Assembly (NCBI GenBank): GCA_945873085.1
Contig: CAMCCR010000002.1
Location: 1-56,918 of the forward strand
From: Candidatus Kuenenia stuttgartensis
GTDB lineage: Bacteria; Planctomycetota; Planctomycetia; Pirellulales; UBA1268
DNA length: 56,918 nt
Reading direction: 5' to 3'
Positions 35,280-45,684 of this stretch are shown here, in pieces (position 1 is the stretch's first letter; every line of letters starts with the position of its first letter). Under the pieces are notes generated by a model. The model was not told the origin of the DNA, ran no database searches, and was given only the letters and a program-made list of their open reading frames with translations. Made by a program: the position numbers and the translations under genes.

Positions 35280-36803
35280 GTGGGGAGGGGCGCCGTGAGC
35301 GGTTCAGGACAGAACCAGGAAGGACTACGAGTGGCTTTGGAATCCGGCCGCGGGGCCCGTGACGACCGGCGTTCCAGGGATTGGTCGCCCGAAGAGTGGG
35401 CTGCCCAAAGCTGCGGAAGCCCGGCTTCCGCCAATTCCGACGGGATCAATCCTGTCGCCTCGCAGGTCGCAGCCATTGCGGGTGACTTCGCGAAACTCGG
35501 CCTCGCACCGGCCACGCTCGCCGCCGTCGATCGCGCCGGCTATACCGTCCCCACCCCCGTTCAGGCGGGGCTCATCCCGCGGGCCCTGAAGGGGATCGAC
35601 GTCCTTGGACAGGCCCGCACCGGAACGGGCAAGACGTGTGCGTTTGTTCTCCCGATTCTCGAGCGGGTGTCGCTGCCTTCGGAGCGCGGGGGCATCGGGC
35701 CGCGGGCCCTGGTCCTCGTCCCGACGCGCGAGCTTGCCGTTCAGGTTCGGGATGAGTTCGAAAAACTCGCCCACGGTTCGAAGATTCACTGCGTGGCCGT
35801 CTACGGCGGTAAGCCGATCCGCGGGCAGATCGACAAGCTGGCCAAAAATCCGGCTGTTGTTGTCGGCACCCCCGGGCGTGTCCTCGACCACATGAGTCGG
35901 GGGACGATTGACTTCTCCGGCTTGGAGATCGTGACGCTCGACGAAGCCGACCGGATGCTCGACATCGGATTCCGCCCTGACATCGAGAAGATCCTCCGTC
36001 GCTGTCCTGACAGCCGTCAGACGCTTCTCCTCTCGGCAACCGTTCCACCGCCGGTGGCCAAACTCGCCACCCGCTACATGCGCGATCCGGAGATCCTCGA
36101 TTTCTCCACCGGGGAGATCGCGGTCGAAACGATCGAGCAGTTCTATTTCACCGTCGATCCGACGCGGAAGTTCGACCTCCTCGAGCGGCTCCTCGAGCGC
36201 GAACAGCCGCGTCAGGCGATCATTTTCTGTCGCACGAAGCGTGGCACCGACAAGGTGTTTGAGCGGCTTTCCCGGCACCGTGCCCGGAAGGGCGGCGAGG
36301 AAGAGGTCGGCTGTATCCACGGTGACCTCGCCCAAAATGTCCGCGATCGCGTCATGAAGCAGTTTCGCGAGGGGGCTGTGAAGGTCCTCGTCGCCACCGA
36401 CGTCGTCGGCCGCGGTATCGACGTCACCGCCCTGTCGCACATCATCAACTACGACATCCCCGAGTTCTGCGACGATTACGTTCACCGTGTCGGACGCACC
36501 GGGCGGATGGGACGTGAGGGGTTGGCCTACACGTTTGTTGCCCCGGACGAGGGGCCGCAGTTGACCCGCATCGAGATGCGGATTGAGAAGCTCCTCCACC
36601 GCGACGAGATCCCCGGTTTCGAGGCTTTCGACCGGCGTGCCAAGGCGGCCCCGATCCAGCAGACGGGTCCTGGTGGCGCTTTTATCGCCGCCGAGGGGCA
36701 GCCAGCCGCCCCGCCGCCCGAGCCCGAGGCGCCCAAAAAGCCGTCGTCGGCAGCGCTCCTCGGCAAGGGTCGCGGTCCGAAGCGTCATCGTCGGGCCCTC
36801 TGA
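35280..36803 (+). CDS. DEAD-box ATP-dependent RNA helicase
   Basis: Q motif (TPVQ), AQTGTGKT-type ARTGTGKT, DEAD (LDEADRML), SAT, HRVGRTGR, and a basic C-terminal tail. The start is uncertain: GTG at 35280 or GTG at 35331. Confidence 0.85.
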   Translation: MGRGAVSGSGQNQEGLRVALESGRGARDDRRSRDWSPEEWAAQSCGSPASANSDGINPVASQVAAIAGDFAKLGLAPATLAAVDRAGYTVPTPVQAGLIPRALKGIDVLGQARTGTGKTCAFVLPILERVSLPSERGGIGPRALVLVPTRELAVQVRDEFEKLAHGSKIHCVAVYGGKPIRGQIDKLAKNPAVVVGTPGRVLDHMSRGTIDFSGLEIVTLDEADRMLDIGFRPDIEKILRRCPDSRQTLLLSATVPPPVAKLATRYMRDPEILDFSTGEIAVETIEQFYFTVDPTRKFDLLERLLEREQPRQAIIFCRTKRGTDKVFERLSRHRARKGGEEEVGCIHGDLAQNVRDRVMKQFREGAVKVLVATDVVGRGIDVTALSHIINYDIPEFCDDYVHRVGRTGRMGREGLAYTFVAPDEGPQLTRIEMRIEKLLHRDEIPGFEAFDRRAKAAPIQQTGPGGAFIAAEGQPAAPPPEPEAPKKPSSAALLGKGRGPKRHRRAL

Positions 36804-36845
36804 GCCCTCCGCACCGTCGCCCAAGACCGACCGGAGTTGCCAACA

Positions 36846-37691
36846 ATGGCCCGTTCGACTGCAGGTGAACCACCGGGGGGCGGCCGGAAACGTGTCGTCC
36901 CCCGCTCTCCCCGTGCGGTGAAGCAGCGTCTCGAGAGCCTCGCCGATGCCGGGGTGCTCGATCTCCCCCGCGCGAAGCCCGGCCTCGATGACCCCGAGGA
37001 GATGCCGACGGCTGACGCAACGGTGCTGCCTGCCCGAGCGATGCCCCCAGCCTCCGTGGCACCGAAAGCCCCGGCGAAGCGAGGGGCGAAAGTGTCGGAC
37101 GCCGCCAACCGGCTCTCATCGCTCGAGATCCTCCGCACGGAAGTGGCCGGTTGCCGGGCCTGCGTTCATCTCGCCGAGGCCCGGACGAATACCGTCTTCG
37201 GGAGCGGCAATCCTGCTGCCCGGCTCTGTTTCCTCGGCGAGGCTCCCGGGGCCGATGAGGATGCCTCGGGGGAGCCGTTCGTGGGCCGGGCCGGGCAACT
37301 GCTGACGAAAATCATCGAGGCGTGCACGCTCACCCGGGACGAGGTCTACATCCTCAACGTCCTCAAGTGCCGCCCTCCCGAGAACCGTCGGCCGGAGCCG
37401 GAGGAGGTGGCCAACTGCCGGGGCTACTTCGAGCGGCAGATCGAGGCGATCCGACCGGAGTTCATTTGTTGTCTCGGGACGTCGGCCGCCCAATCGCTTC
37501 TCCGCACCGACGAGACGATCGGAAAACTCCGGGGCCGCTGGTTCGAATATGGCCCGGCGACGGTGATCTGCACCTACCACCCCTCCTACCTGTTGCGAAA
37601 CCCCGCCGCGAAGCGCGATGTTTGGGACGACATGCAGCATCTCATGGCCCGGATGGGGATCGAGATGCCCCAAAAAGGCCCCGGCGGCTGA
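36846..37691 (+). CDS. uracil-DNA glycosylase, family 4
   Basis: [23 protein letters not shown] motif, a CRAC..C Fe-S ligand context and [12 protein letters not shown] lies 9 nt upstream of the ATG at 36846. About 90 aa of low-complexity N-terminal extension. Confidence 0.8.
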   Translation: MARSTAGEPPGGGRKRVVPRSPRAVKQRLESLADAGVLDLPRAKPGLDDPEEMPTADATVLPARAMPPASVAPKAPAKRGAKVSDAANRLSSLEILRTEVAGCRACVHLAEARTNTVFGSGNPAARLCFLGEAPGADEDASGEPFVGRAGQLLTKIIEACTLTRDEVYILNVLKCRPPENRRPEPEEVANCRGYFERQIEAIRPEFICCLGTSAAQSLLRTDETIGKLRGRWFEYGPATVICTYHPSYLLRNPAAKRDVWDDMQHLMARMGIEMPQKGPGG

Positions 37692-37855
37692 TTCCTGTCC
37701 TTCTCCCGGCTTTCGGTGTTGATGTCGCGGGGGTGACGGATCGGCTCAAGATGCCGGTCGTGCCGGTCCGATTGATTGGGTGGGTCTTGGGGGGGAACAG
37801 CCGCTGCTGGCTGTCGTCGACGGGGTTCGTGCCGGCTCGAGGGCACCGTCCGTCG

Positions 37856-37889
37856 GTCGCGATGTCGCCTGGGGAGGCGACGTCGCGAC
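37856..37889 (+). other. 14-bp stem-loop in the UDG-lipoprotein intergenic region
   Basis: GTCGCGATGTCGCC-tgggga-GGCGACGTCGCGAC has 13 Watson-Crick pairs plus one G-U pair. Confidence 0.5.
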
Positions 37890-37959
37890 GATCTTCAGCC
37901 GCCGGTCGGCGTTGCCATCCGGTCGGATCAAATGCCACCGGGCCGAACAGGGGGAAAGC

Positions 37960-38553
37960 ATGGATGCGAGAAACTCCACCACCAGCCGTGGCGGGCGAGG
38001 AATGAGGCTCGCGGTGATGGCTGTGGGCCTCTTGGCCACCGGCTGCACGATGTGCCCCGACCCCTTCGACTACGCCGGGCCGGTGCCCAATGGCTCGGTG
38101 GCTCAAAATGACTTTGCAGCCCGAAGCAACGGCATCCTTCCGGTCCGGGCCACGCCACTCCCCTGGCCCCCGATCGTCCAAGCGTCTCCCCAGCAGCCGA
38201 CGCCCGCGGATGACCCCACCGCGGCGGAACCGGCGCTGATCGCCACCGCCCCGGATCTCTCCCCTGTCGGTGAAGCGGAGATCGTGCCGGTCCTCGGAGC
38301 GTCGCTGACAACACCGGTGGAGCCTGGGGACGAGTCGACCACGGACCCTGACTCGATGTCAGTGGAAGACCCGGAAACGGCTGGCGAGACCAGCGACGCG
38401 GCGGCGATGGAGCCGGCGAGCGTCCCCTGGCCGGCCAGCAGCAGGCCGATGACGCCGGTCCCTTCGACCCACGGCCTCGAGGGGCCCCCGAGCCATCCCT
38501 ACCTCCGCGAGTCGCGGCTGCCGCGGGAAATGCCCCCGGTGCTCATCCGCTGA
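37960..38553 (+). CDS. hypothetical lipoprotein, low-complexity P/A/E-rich
   Basis: Lipobox-like LLATGC after a basic N-terminus (MRLAVMAVGLLATGC). The start is the ATG at either 37960 or 38002. Confidence 0.45.
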   Translation: MDARNSTTSRGGRGMRLAVMAVGLLATGCTMCPDPFDYAGPVPNGSVAQNDFAARSNGILPVRATPLPWPPIVQASPQQPTPADDPTAAEPALIATAPDLSPVGEAEIVPVLGASLTTPVEPGDESTTDPDSMSVEDPETAGETSDAAAMEPASVPWPASSRPMTPVPSTHGLEGPPSHPYLRESRLPREMPPVLIR

Positions 38554-38581
38554 GAGGGCCGTCCGGAAGGCTTGGCTGCGG

Positions 38582-39898
38582 TCACGCCCCGCGGTGGAGT
38601 GTCGGATCGGGTCGCCAGCCATCGGGGACGATCGCATCCTTGGGGACGATCGCCACGCCGTCACGAACGGTGAAGGTGGTGCTGTCACCGATCTCGTCCC
38701 AGCCGTGGTCGTTGACGATCCGCGTTCGCGTCCCGATGCGGACGTTCTTGTCGACGATCGCCCCTTCGATGATCGTTCCCTCCCCGATGCCCATCGGCGG
38801 CAGGCCCCGGGCGGTGTTGGCGGCGATGTCCTCGGTGGTCTCGTAGTAGTCGCTTCCGAGGACCACCGAGTTGCGGATGACGACGTTCTTACCGATCCGG
38901 CAGCGGAGGCCGATGACGCTGTTCTCGATCACCGCCCCCTGCTCGACGATGCAGCCGTCGGAAACGAGGCTCGCGCGGATGCTCGCCCCGTCGATCCGTG
39001 ACGGCGGGAGGAACCGCCCACGCGAATAGATGGGGGCCTCGGCGCTGGCCAATTCGAACGGCGGCGTGCTGCCGGCGAGGTCGAGGTTGCACTGGTAGTA
39101 GGAACGGATCGTCCCGATGTCCTCCCAGTAGCCGTCGAACGGGTGGAGAAACACCCGCTTCGTCCGGATCGCCGCCGGGAAGACCTCACGGCCGAAGTCC
39201 TGGTAGTCGGTCTTGCGGAGCAGATCGAGGAGGCAGTCGCGGTCAAAGAGGTAGATCCCCATGCTCGCCATCAGCGAGCGACCGTTCGACGGGATCCCCT
39301 GACGGTCGATCCACCCTGGATCGGTGCGGACCATGTCGAGTTCGGCCTTCGTCTGCGGCTTCTCGAGGAATCCCTCGACGCGCCCTTCATCGTCGAGCCG
39401 CATGATCCCCAGGCCGGAGGCGGCCTCCTCGTGGACCGGGATCCCGGCGATCGTGACGTCGGCCTTCCTCGCCATGTGAGTGGCGAGCATGTCGGCGTAG
39501 TTCATCCGGTAGAGCTGATCGCCGGAGAGGATGAGGACGTGGCGGATGTCCGGCTGTTGGAGATAGCGGATGTTTTGCCGGACAGCGTCGGCCGTGCCCT
39601 GATACCAGCCGGAATTGTCGAGTGTTTGCTGGGCGGCGAGGATCTCGACGAAGCCGCCACTGAACGGATCGAAGGTGTACGTCCGGCGGATGTGGCGATG
39701 GAGGCTGACGGAGTTGAACTGCGTCAGAACATAGATCCGCTGGACCCCACTGTTGATGCAGTTGGAGAGGGGAACGTCGATGATTCGGTATTTCCCCGCC
39801 AGCGGCACGGCAGGCTTGGAGCGGTCGCGGGTGAGGGGATAGAGCCGCGTCCCACGGCCACCGCCGAGGACCAATGCCAGAACCCGCTGCACGCTCAT
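38582..39898 (-). CDS. glgC: glucose-1-phosphate adenylyltransferase, cyanobacterial/plant-like paralog
   Basis: LVLGGGRGTRLYPLTRDRSKPAVPLAGKYRIIDVPLSNCINSG, GYWEDIGTIRSYYQCNLDL and a C-terminal beta-helix. Start trimmed to the ATG at 39898 (MSVQRV). Confidence 0.85.
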   Translation of the reverse strand: MSVQRVLALVLGGGRGTRLYPLTRDRSKPAVPLAGKYRIIDVPLSNCINSGVQRIYVLTQFNSVSLHRHIRRTYTFDPFSGGFVEILAAQQTLDNSGWYQGTADAVRQNIRYLQQPDIRHVLILSGDQLYRMNYADMLATHMARKADVTIAGIPVHEEAASGLGIMRLDDEGRVEGFLEKPQTKAELDMVRTDPGWIDRQGIPSNGRSLMASMGIYLFDRDCLLDLLRKTDYQDFGREVFPAAIRTKRVFLHPFDGYWEDIGTIRSYYQCNLDLAGSTPPFELASAEAPIYSRGRFLPPSRIDGASIRASLVSDGCIVEQGAVIENSVIGLRCRIGKNVVIRNSVVLGSDYYETTEDIAANTARGLPPMGIGEGTIIEGAIVDKNVRIGTRTRIVNDHGWDEIGDSTTFTVRDGVAIVPKDAIVPDGWRPDPTLHRGA

Positions 39899-40049
39899 GC
39901 TGAAAAACACCCTTCCCGGAGGTCGGTCGGACACCCGCCCGCCGACCATGCTACGGAAACCGAGTCACCCCCGCCAATTCGGTTTTTGTTGGGGAATGTC
40001 AGAGGTTTTCAATTCGTGGCCTCTTGAAAACGATCCTTCTGTGGGGCCT

Positions 40050-42845
40050 TTAGGCTCCGCGGACGACGAAGTTCACCATTCGCCCCGGGACCGTGATCAC
40101 CTTCACGATCTGTTTTCCGGCGAGGAGCTCGGCAATTCGAGGGTCGGCCGCCGCGGCAGCCTCGAGGGCTGGAATGTCAGCGTCGGCCGGGACAGTCACC
40201 CTGGCCCGCAGCTTTCCCCCGATCTGCACCGGGATCTCGACCGTATCGTCCTTCAGCCACCGCTCCTCCACCGCTGGCCAAGCAGCGAGGGAAACCGGCG
40301 CCGGCTTCCCCAGCACTTCCCACAACTCCTCCGCCAGATGCGGTGCGAAGGGGGCCAATGCCACGACGAACGGCTCGAGCGCCCCCCGCGGCTTCCGTTC
40401 CAGCGGTGTGAAATAGTTGACAAACTCCATCATCCGCGCGATCGCGGTGTTGAAGGAGAGCGCGGAGATGTCTCTGGTGACCTTCTCGAGCATCCGGTGG
40501 AGCTCGCGGAGCTGGTCGTCGGTCGGGGCATCGTCAACCACCTGTGGCGAGAGGACAACCTCCTCGGCCCGATCGTCGACCACGAGCCGCCAGCAGCGGT
40601 CGAGAAACCCACGGACGCCGCTGACGCCGGTCGTGGCCCAAGGCTTGGTCGCTTCGAGCGGTCCCATGAACATCTCGTAGAGGCGGAGCGAATCGGCGCC
40701 GAACTCCTTCACGACCGTGTCCGGATTGACGACGTTGCCGCGGGCCTTCGACATCTTGTAGGCCCGGCTCTCGACGCGGATCTTCGGCCAATCGCGGAGG
40801 ACGAAGTGCTCCCCCTGCTTCTCCACCTGATCGGCGGGGAGCTTGGCCGCGACATCCTCGGGCGTCCGCTTTTCCGCCGACACCCACCCCCCCTTGGTGC
40901 TCCGGTAGCCGGTGAACTCCATCTCGCCGAGGATCATCCCCTGGTTGACGAGCTTGCCAAAGGGCTCGGGGAGGGAGACATGGCCACGGTCATAGAGGAC
41001 CTTGTGCCAGAAGCGCGCGTAGAGGAGATGGAGCACGGCGTGCTCAGCCCCGCCGATGTAGAGATCGACCGGCATCCAGGACTTCTCGATCGCCGGATCG
41101 ATGAAGCGGTCGCTGTTGCCCGGGTCGAGGAACCGCAGGTAATACCAGCACGAGCCGGCCCACTGCGGCATCGTGTTGGTTTCGCGGCGGTAACGCTTGC
41201 CGTCACGCTCGACAAACAGCCACTCGGCCGGGGATCGCGACAGGGGAGGATCGGGGGTGTCCCCGGGCTTGAAGTCGGTGAGGTGGGGGAGGTTGACCGG
41301 CAGTTCGGATTCGTCGACGGCGCGGATCGCGCCGGTCGGCTTTCCATCGGGTCCGAGCTCGTGGAGGATCGGAAACGGCTCCCCCCAGAACCGCTGCCGG
41401 CTGAACAGCCAGTCGCGGAGCTTGTAGTTGACCGCCGGCCGTCCGAGCCCGGCATCGGCGAGATCAGCAGCCACCCTCGCGATGAACGTCTGCGTCTCCA
41501 TCCCCGTGTAGGGGCCGGAATTGACCGCCTTGCCGTCGCCGGTGAACAGCGTCCCGTCGTGGCCGTGGCCCGAGAGCGGTTCGACGACCGTGACGATCTC
41601 CAGGCCGAACGTCTTGGCAAACTCCCAGTCGCGGTCGTCGTGGGCCGGGACGGCCATGATCGCGCCGGTCCCGTAGGTGGCGAGGACGTAGTCGGCCACC
41701 CACACCGGCACCGGCTTGCCCGTGAGCGGATGAATGCAGTGCGAGCCGGAGAAAACGCCGGTCTTCTCCTTGGCAAGATCGGTGCGGTCGAGATCGCTCT
41801 TCCGCGCGGCGGCTTCCCGGTAGACGCGGATCGCCTCCTGCTGTTGGGGCGTCGTCAGCGTGTCGACGAGGGGATGCTCCGGAGCGACGACGAGGTAGGT
41901 GACGCCGTAGAGGGTGTCGGGACGGGTCGTGTAAACGCGGAGGGCATCCGCCGCCGGCTGCGGCGGGAATCCCGCGGCGCTCCGGGCCGACTGCCACGAG
42001 GCGAACGTGGCTGGACCAGAGCCTGTGGTGGCAATGGCGAAGTCGACTTCGGCGCCGGTGCTCCTTCCGATCCAGTCGCACTGGAGCTTCTTGATGCTCG
42101 CCGGCCAGTCGAGCGGCTCGAGTTCGCTTTCCAGCCGGTCGGCGTAGGCGGTGATTCGCAGCATCCACTGACGCAGCGGGATGCGGACGACCGGATGGCC
42201 ACCGCGCTCGCTCACTCCCCCAATCACCTCCTCGTTGGCAAGCACCGTGCCGAGGGCCGGGCACCAATTGACGGGGGCCTCCGACTGGTACGCGAGCCGG
42301 TGGGTGTCGCGGTAGGCTTCGATGGCGGCAGCGCCGCGCGCCGACACGTCCGCCGGGATCGGCAGTTCGGCGATCGGCCGCCCCTTCTGCTGCGTCGGGT
42401 CGAACCAGGTATCGAAGAGGACCAGGAAGATCCACTGGGTCCAGCGAACGTACTCCGGGTCGGTGGTCGAGAGGACCCGATCCCAGTCGTAGCTGAAGCC
42501 GAGCATCTTCAACTGACGGGTGAAGTTGGCGATGTTGCGCTCCGTGCTCTCCCGCGGCGGGGTGCCGGTGCGGATCGCATATTCCTCGGCCGGGAGGCCG
42601 AAGGCGTCGAAGCCCATCGGGTGCATGACGCTCGTGCCACGCATCCGCTCGAAGCGGGCGACGATGTCGGTGGCGGTGTAGCCCTCGGGGTGCCCGACGT
42701 GGAGCCCCTCGCCGCTGGGGTATGGGAACATGTCGAGGACGTACGTTTTGCGGGCCCCGGGGAGGCGGGGGGTCGCGAACGTGTCGTGCGACTCCCACCA
42801 AGACTGCCACTTGGGCTCGATCCGGGCGGGCTGATAGCGGGGCAT
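40050..42845 (-). CDS. leuS: leucine--tRNA ligase
   Basis: HIGH-type motif ([16 protein letters not shown]), KMSKS (YKMSKARGN), a CP1 editing domain and a length of 931 aa. Confidence 0.95.
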   Translation of the reverse strand: MPRYQPARIEPKWQSWWESHDTFATPRLPGARKTYVLDMFPYPSGEGLHVGHPEGYTATDIVARFERMRGTSVMHPMGFDAFGLPAEEYAIRTGTPPRESTERNIANFTRQLKMLGFSYDWDRVLSTTDPEYVRWTQWIFLVLFDTWFDPTQQKGRPIAELPIPADVSARGAAAIEAYRDTHRLAYQSEAPVNWCPALGTVLANEEVIGGVSERGGHPVVRIPLRQWMLRITAYADRLESELEPLDWPASIKKLQCDWIGRSTGAEVDFAIATTGSGPATFASWQSARSAAGFPPQPAADALRVYTTRPDTLYGVTYLVVAPEHPLVDTLTTPQQQEAIRVYREAAARKSDLDRTDLAKEKTGVFSGSHCIHPLTGKPVPVWVADYVLATYGTGAIMAVPAHDDRDWEFAKTFGLEIVTVVEPLSGHGHDGTLFTGDGKAVNSGPYTGMETQTFIARVAADLADAGLGRPAVNYKLRDWLFSRQRFWGEPFPILHELGPDGKPTGAIRAVDESELPVNLPHLTDFKPGDTPDPPLSRSPAEWLFVERDGKRYRRETNTMPQWAGSCWYYLRFLDPGNSDRFIDPAIEKSWMPVDLYIGGAEHAVLHLLYARFWHKVLYDRGHVSLPEPFGKLVNQGMILGEMEFTGYRSTKGGWVSAEKRTPEDVAAKLPADQVEKQGEHFVLRDWPKIRVESRAYKMSKARGNVVNPDTVVKEFGADSLRLYEMFMGPLEATKPWATTGVSGVRGFLDRCWRLVVDDRAEEVVLSPQVVDDAPTDDQLRELHRMLEKVTRDISALSFNTAIARMMEFVNYFTPLERKPRGALEPFVVALAPFAPHLAEELWEVLGKPAPVSLAAWPAVEERWLKDDTVEIPVQIGGKLRARVTVPADADIPALEAAAAADPRIAELLAGKQIVKVITVPGRMVNFVVRGA

Positions 42846-42960
42846 GATGGATTCCGAGGGGGCGGGAAGGCAGGCGGCTTTCCTGCGAAAACTCCGCAGA
42901 TTCTAATGGGCCGTGGCCTTCGGAACAGTCTGGCCCGAAAGCCCAGCCCCGGATCGATGC

Positions 42961-44640
42961 ATGCAACCCCTGACAGCAGCCCCCACGCCGCCCCCCGCGG
43001 GCGCCTCCCCCACGCTCCTCGGCGAGGGGCCCGACCCCGCTGGCGTCGCCACGCTCCCCCGGGCCCTCGTCCGGGCATGCCGGCTGGCCGGGGGGCGGAT
43101 GAAAGTCGCCGACTCCCTCGGCACGCGGCTCTCCGGCCGCTCACTCCTCATCCGCATCCTCTGCGTTAAGCGGGTCCTCGAGCGGGTCCTCGCCCCCGAT
43201 GAGCAGCGCGTCGGGGTCATGCTCCCACCGACGGCAGCGACGGCGATCGTCAATGCGGCGCTGGTGCTCATGGGACGCGTGGCGGTGAACCTCAATTACA
43301 CCACGAGCCAGCAGATCCTCGATCTCTCGATCGAGAGAGCGGGGCTGCGGCGGGTTCTCTCGAGCCCCGTCTTCCTCGCCCGCGTCAAGCTCTCCCTCGG
43401 CCAGCGACTCCTCGATGCCACGGAGTTGAAGTCACGGCTGACCGGCTTCGACAAGCTCGTGTCCGCGGCGCAGGCCACCTGCCTGCCGCTGGCCATGCTC
43501 GAGCGGACGCTCGGACTCGACCGCCTCCGGGCCGATGACGTCCTCACCGTGATCTTCACCTCCGGATCGACCGGCGATCCGAAGGGGGTGGTGCTCTCCG
43601 AGGAGAACGTCGCGTCGAACGTCCGCGCGATCGGTCAGATCCTCCATGTGTCGTCGGCCGATGTCGCGCTCGGGGTTCTGCCGTTCTTCCATTCCTACGG
43701 CTACACCGCAACGTTCTGGACGCCGCTGGTTCTCGATGCCGGCGTCGTCTTCCACACCAACCCCCTCGATGCCCAAGCCATCGGCGCCCTCGCTCGCGAG
43801 CATCATGCGACGATCCTCATGGCGACGCCGACCTTCCTCCGCACCTACCTCCGCCGCACCCCCGCCGAGGACTTCTCGACGCTCGAGGCGGTCTTCGGAT
43901 CGGCTGAGAAACTGCCACGCGAGGTGAGCGACGCCTTCGAGGCGAAGTTCGGCATCCGGCCGAGCGAGGCCTATGGGGCGACCGAGATGTCGCCGCTCAT
44001 CGCGGCCAACATCCCCCCTGCCAGGCACCTTCCCGGATCCCCTGCCGATGCCCGCGAGGGGACGGTCGGTCGGCCGATCCCGGGCTGCCGCGCCCGGGTC
44101 ACGGCGCGCGATTCGATCGAGCCGCTGCCCGTCGGGAAGGAAGGGATGCTGTGGATCACCGGCCCGAACGTCATGCAGGGCTACCTCGATCGTCCCGACC
44201 TCACCGCCCATGTGATTCACGATGGCTGGTACTGCACCGGTGACATCGCGAAACTCGACCCTGACGGCTTCATCACCATCACCGGGCGTGAAAGCAGATT
44301 TTCCAAGATCGGCGGGGAAATGGTGCCCCATCTCCCGATCGAGGAGGCGGTGAATGCCGAACTCGGCTCGGGAGGCGACGAACTGATGGCTGTCGTGGCC
44401 GGGGTTCCCGACGCCAAAAAAGGGGAGCGGATCGTCGTGCTTCATCTCAAGACCGAACGCGATCCGCACGAGATCTGCCGGGGGCTCGCCGCCCGCGGCC
44501 TCCCCAACCTCTGGATCCCGGCGCCCGACAGCTTCACCGAGGTGGAGGCGATCCCGGTGCTCGGATCTGGCAAGCTCGATCTCCACTGGCTTGCCGCTGA
44601 GGCCAACAAGCGTTTCGGGACCGTTGGAGAGCCGTCATGA
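42961..44640 (+). CDS. AMP-dependent synthetase/ligase (acyl-CoA / acyl-ACP synthetase family, Aas C-terminal-like)
   Basis: AMP-binding motif FTSGSTGDPKGV, then YGATE, TGD and GKLD. The start is uncertain: ATG at 42961 or GTG at 42913. The stop overlaps the next start (ATGA). Confidence 0.8.
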   Translation: MQPLTAAPTPPPAGASPTLLGEGPDPAGVATLPRALVRACRLAGGRMKVADSLGTRLSGRSLLIRILCVKRVLERVLAPDEQRVGVMLPPTAATAIVNAALVLMGRVAVNLNYTTSQQILDLSIERAGLRRVLSSPVFLARVKLSLGQRLLDATELKSRLTGFDKLVSAAQATCLPLAMLERTLGLDRLRADDVLTVIFTSGSTGDPKGVVLSEENVASNVRAIGQILHVSSADVALGVLPFFHSYGYTATFWTPLVLDAGVVFHTNPLDAQAIGALAREHHATILMATPTFLRTYLRRTPAEDFSTLEAVFGSAEKLPREVSDAFEAKFGIRPSEAYGATEMSPLIAANIPPARHLPGSPADAREGTVGRPIPGCRARVTARDSIEPLPVGKEGMLWITGPNVMQGYLDRPDLTAHVIHDGWYCTGDIAKLDPDGFITITGRESRFSKIGGEMVPHLPIEEAVNAELGSGGDELMAVVAGVPDAKKGERIVVLHLKTERDPHEICRGLAARGLPNLWIPAPDSFTEVEAIPVLGSGKLDLHWLAAEANKRFGTVGEPS

Positions 44641-45647
44641 ATGAACCGTCTTCCGCCACCTGGATCAGACCGCTGCTTGGTCGCGCCGATGACATGCGGG
44701 CCGAGGTATGGCTGCGCTGCACGCCGGCCGCCGGGGCCGCAGCGATCGGCCCGGCGGTCGTCGCCTCCGGGACCCTCGTCGGTCCCGAGTGCTCCACCGC
44801 CGCCACACTCCCCACGACGGTCAGCCTCGTCGATCAGGGAACGGTTGAGGGGCAGCCGCCGCTTGCCAGGGGGGTGTGTACCGAGCCGGGCTTCTGGACA
44901 CCGGAGTTGCCGAATCTCTACCGGGCCGAGGTGACGCTGCGTCGCGACGACGACGTTGTTGCTTCCGGTCGACGGATGATCGGGCTGCGGCGTCTCGGCG
45001 TGAAGGGGCGGTCGCTGTCGCTCGATGGACGGCGGTACGTTCCACGCGGCGTGGCCTGTCAGGCCAATCCCGCGGAGCTCGACGAGCTGCGGCAGCTCTC
45101 GGCCGTGGCTGTGGTCGGATTCCCTTCCGTGGCCGATCCGGCTGCCCAATCCTCCGCGGCAACCCTCGACGCGATGCTCACCACGGCCGACCGGATCGGG
45201 GTGGCCGTCGTCATCCGGCTCGGGGCGTCCACGGGCGCTGCGGTCGACCTGAGCATCCTCCAGGAACGCCTCGAAGCCTGGGCAGCGCATCCCTCGGTGT
45301 TCCTCGTCACGCTTCCCTCCGGCTCGGCGAACGTTGGCGTCGCCGCCGGGAGGCGTCGGGGCACGATGCTCTTCGGTTTGGAGGTCGACGGCCTCGAGCC
45401 GCCGCCGCCGCTCCCTGACCGTGGAGTCGACCTGCTCGTTGTGAGGCTGCTGGAGCACGGCCTGCCACATGGGGCCTGGCAGCAGCCGCCCCCGCTCCCG
45501 CTCGTGGCAGCGATCAAGGAGATCGATTCGCCGTCGGCCGCCGTGGCGCGCGGGGCGTGTGACCGGCTCCAGGCCGATCTGGCAGCCTGGGCCCGCCCTG
45601 AGCTCCGCACTCAACCATGGGATTGGGCCGGGTATCTCGTCACCTGA
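44637..45647 (+). CDS. GH2-like (beta-galactosidase family) Ig-sandwich plus TIM-barrel remnant, probably non-catalytic
   Basis: [16 protein letters not shown] aligns by eye with LacZ [30 protein letters not shown] aligns with [14 protein letters not shown], and PWDWAGY with FVWDWVD. The function is unknown. Confidence 0.55.
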   Translation: [336 protein letters not shown]

Positions 45648-45684
45648 ATGGCCGTCGAGACGCGCCTCTCCCGGAGATCACTCG

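Noticed and set aside
39897-43169. A 1090-aa stop-free ORF on the + strand
   Set aside because: It is entirely antisense to leuS, which has unambiguous class-I synthetase motifs. Its translation is Arg/Gly/Pro/Asp-rich and low-complexity, with no motifs. This is the typical result of high third-position GC in the sense gene suppressing antisense stop codons.
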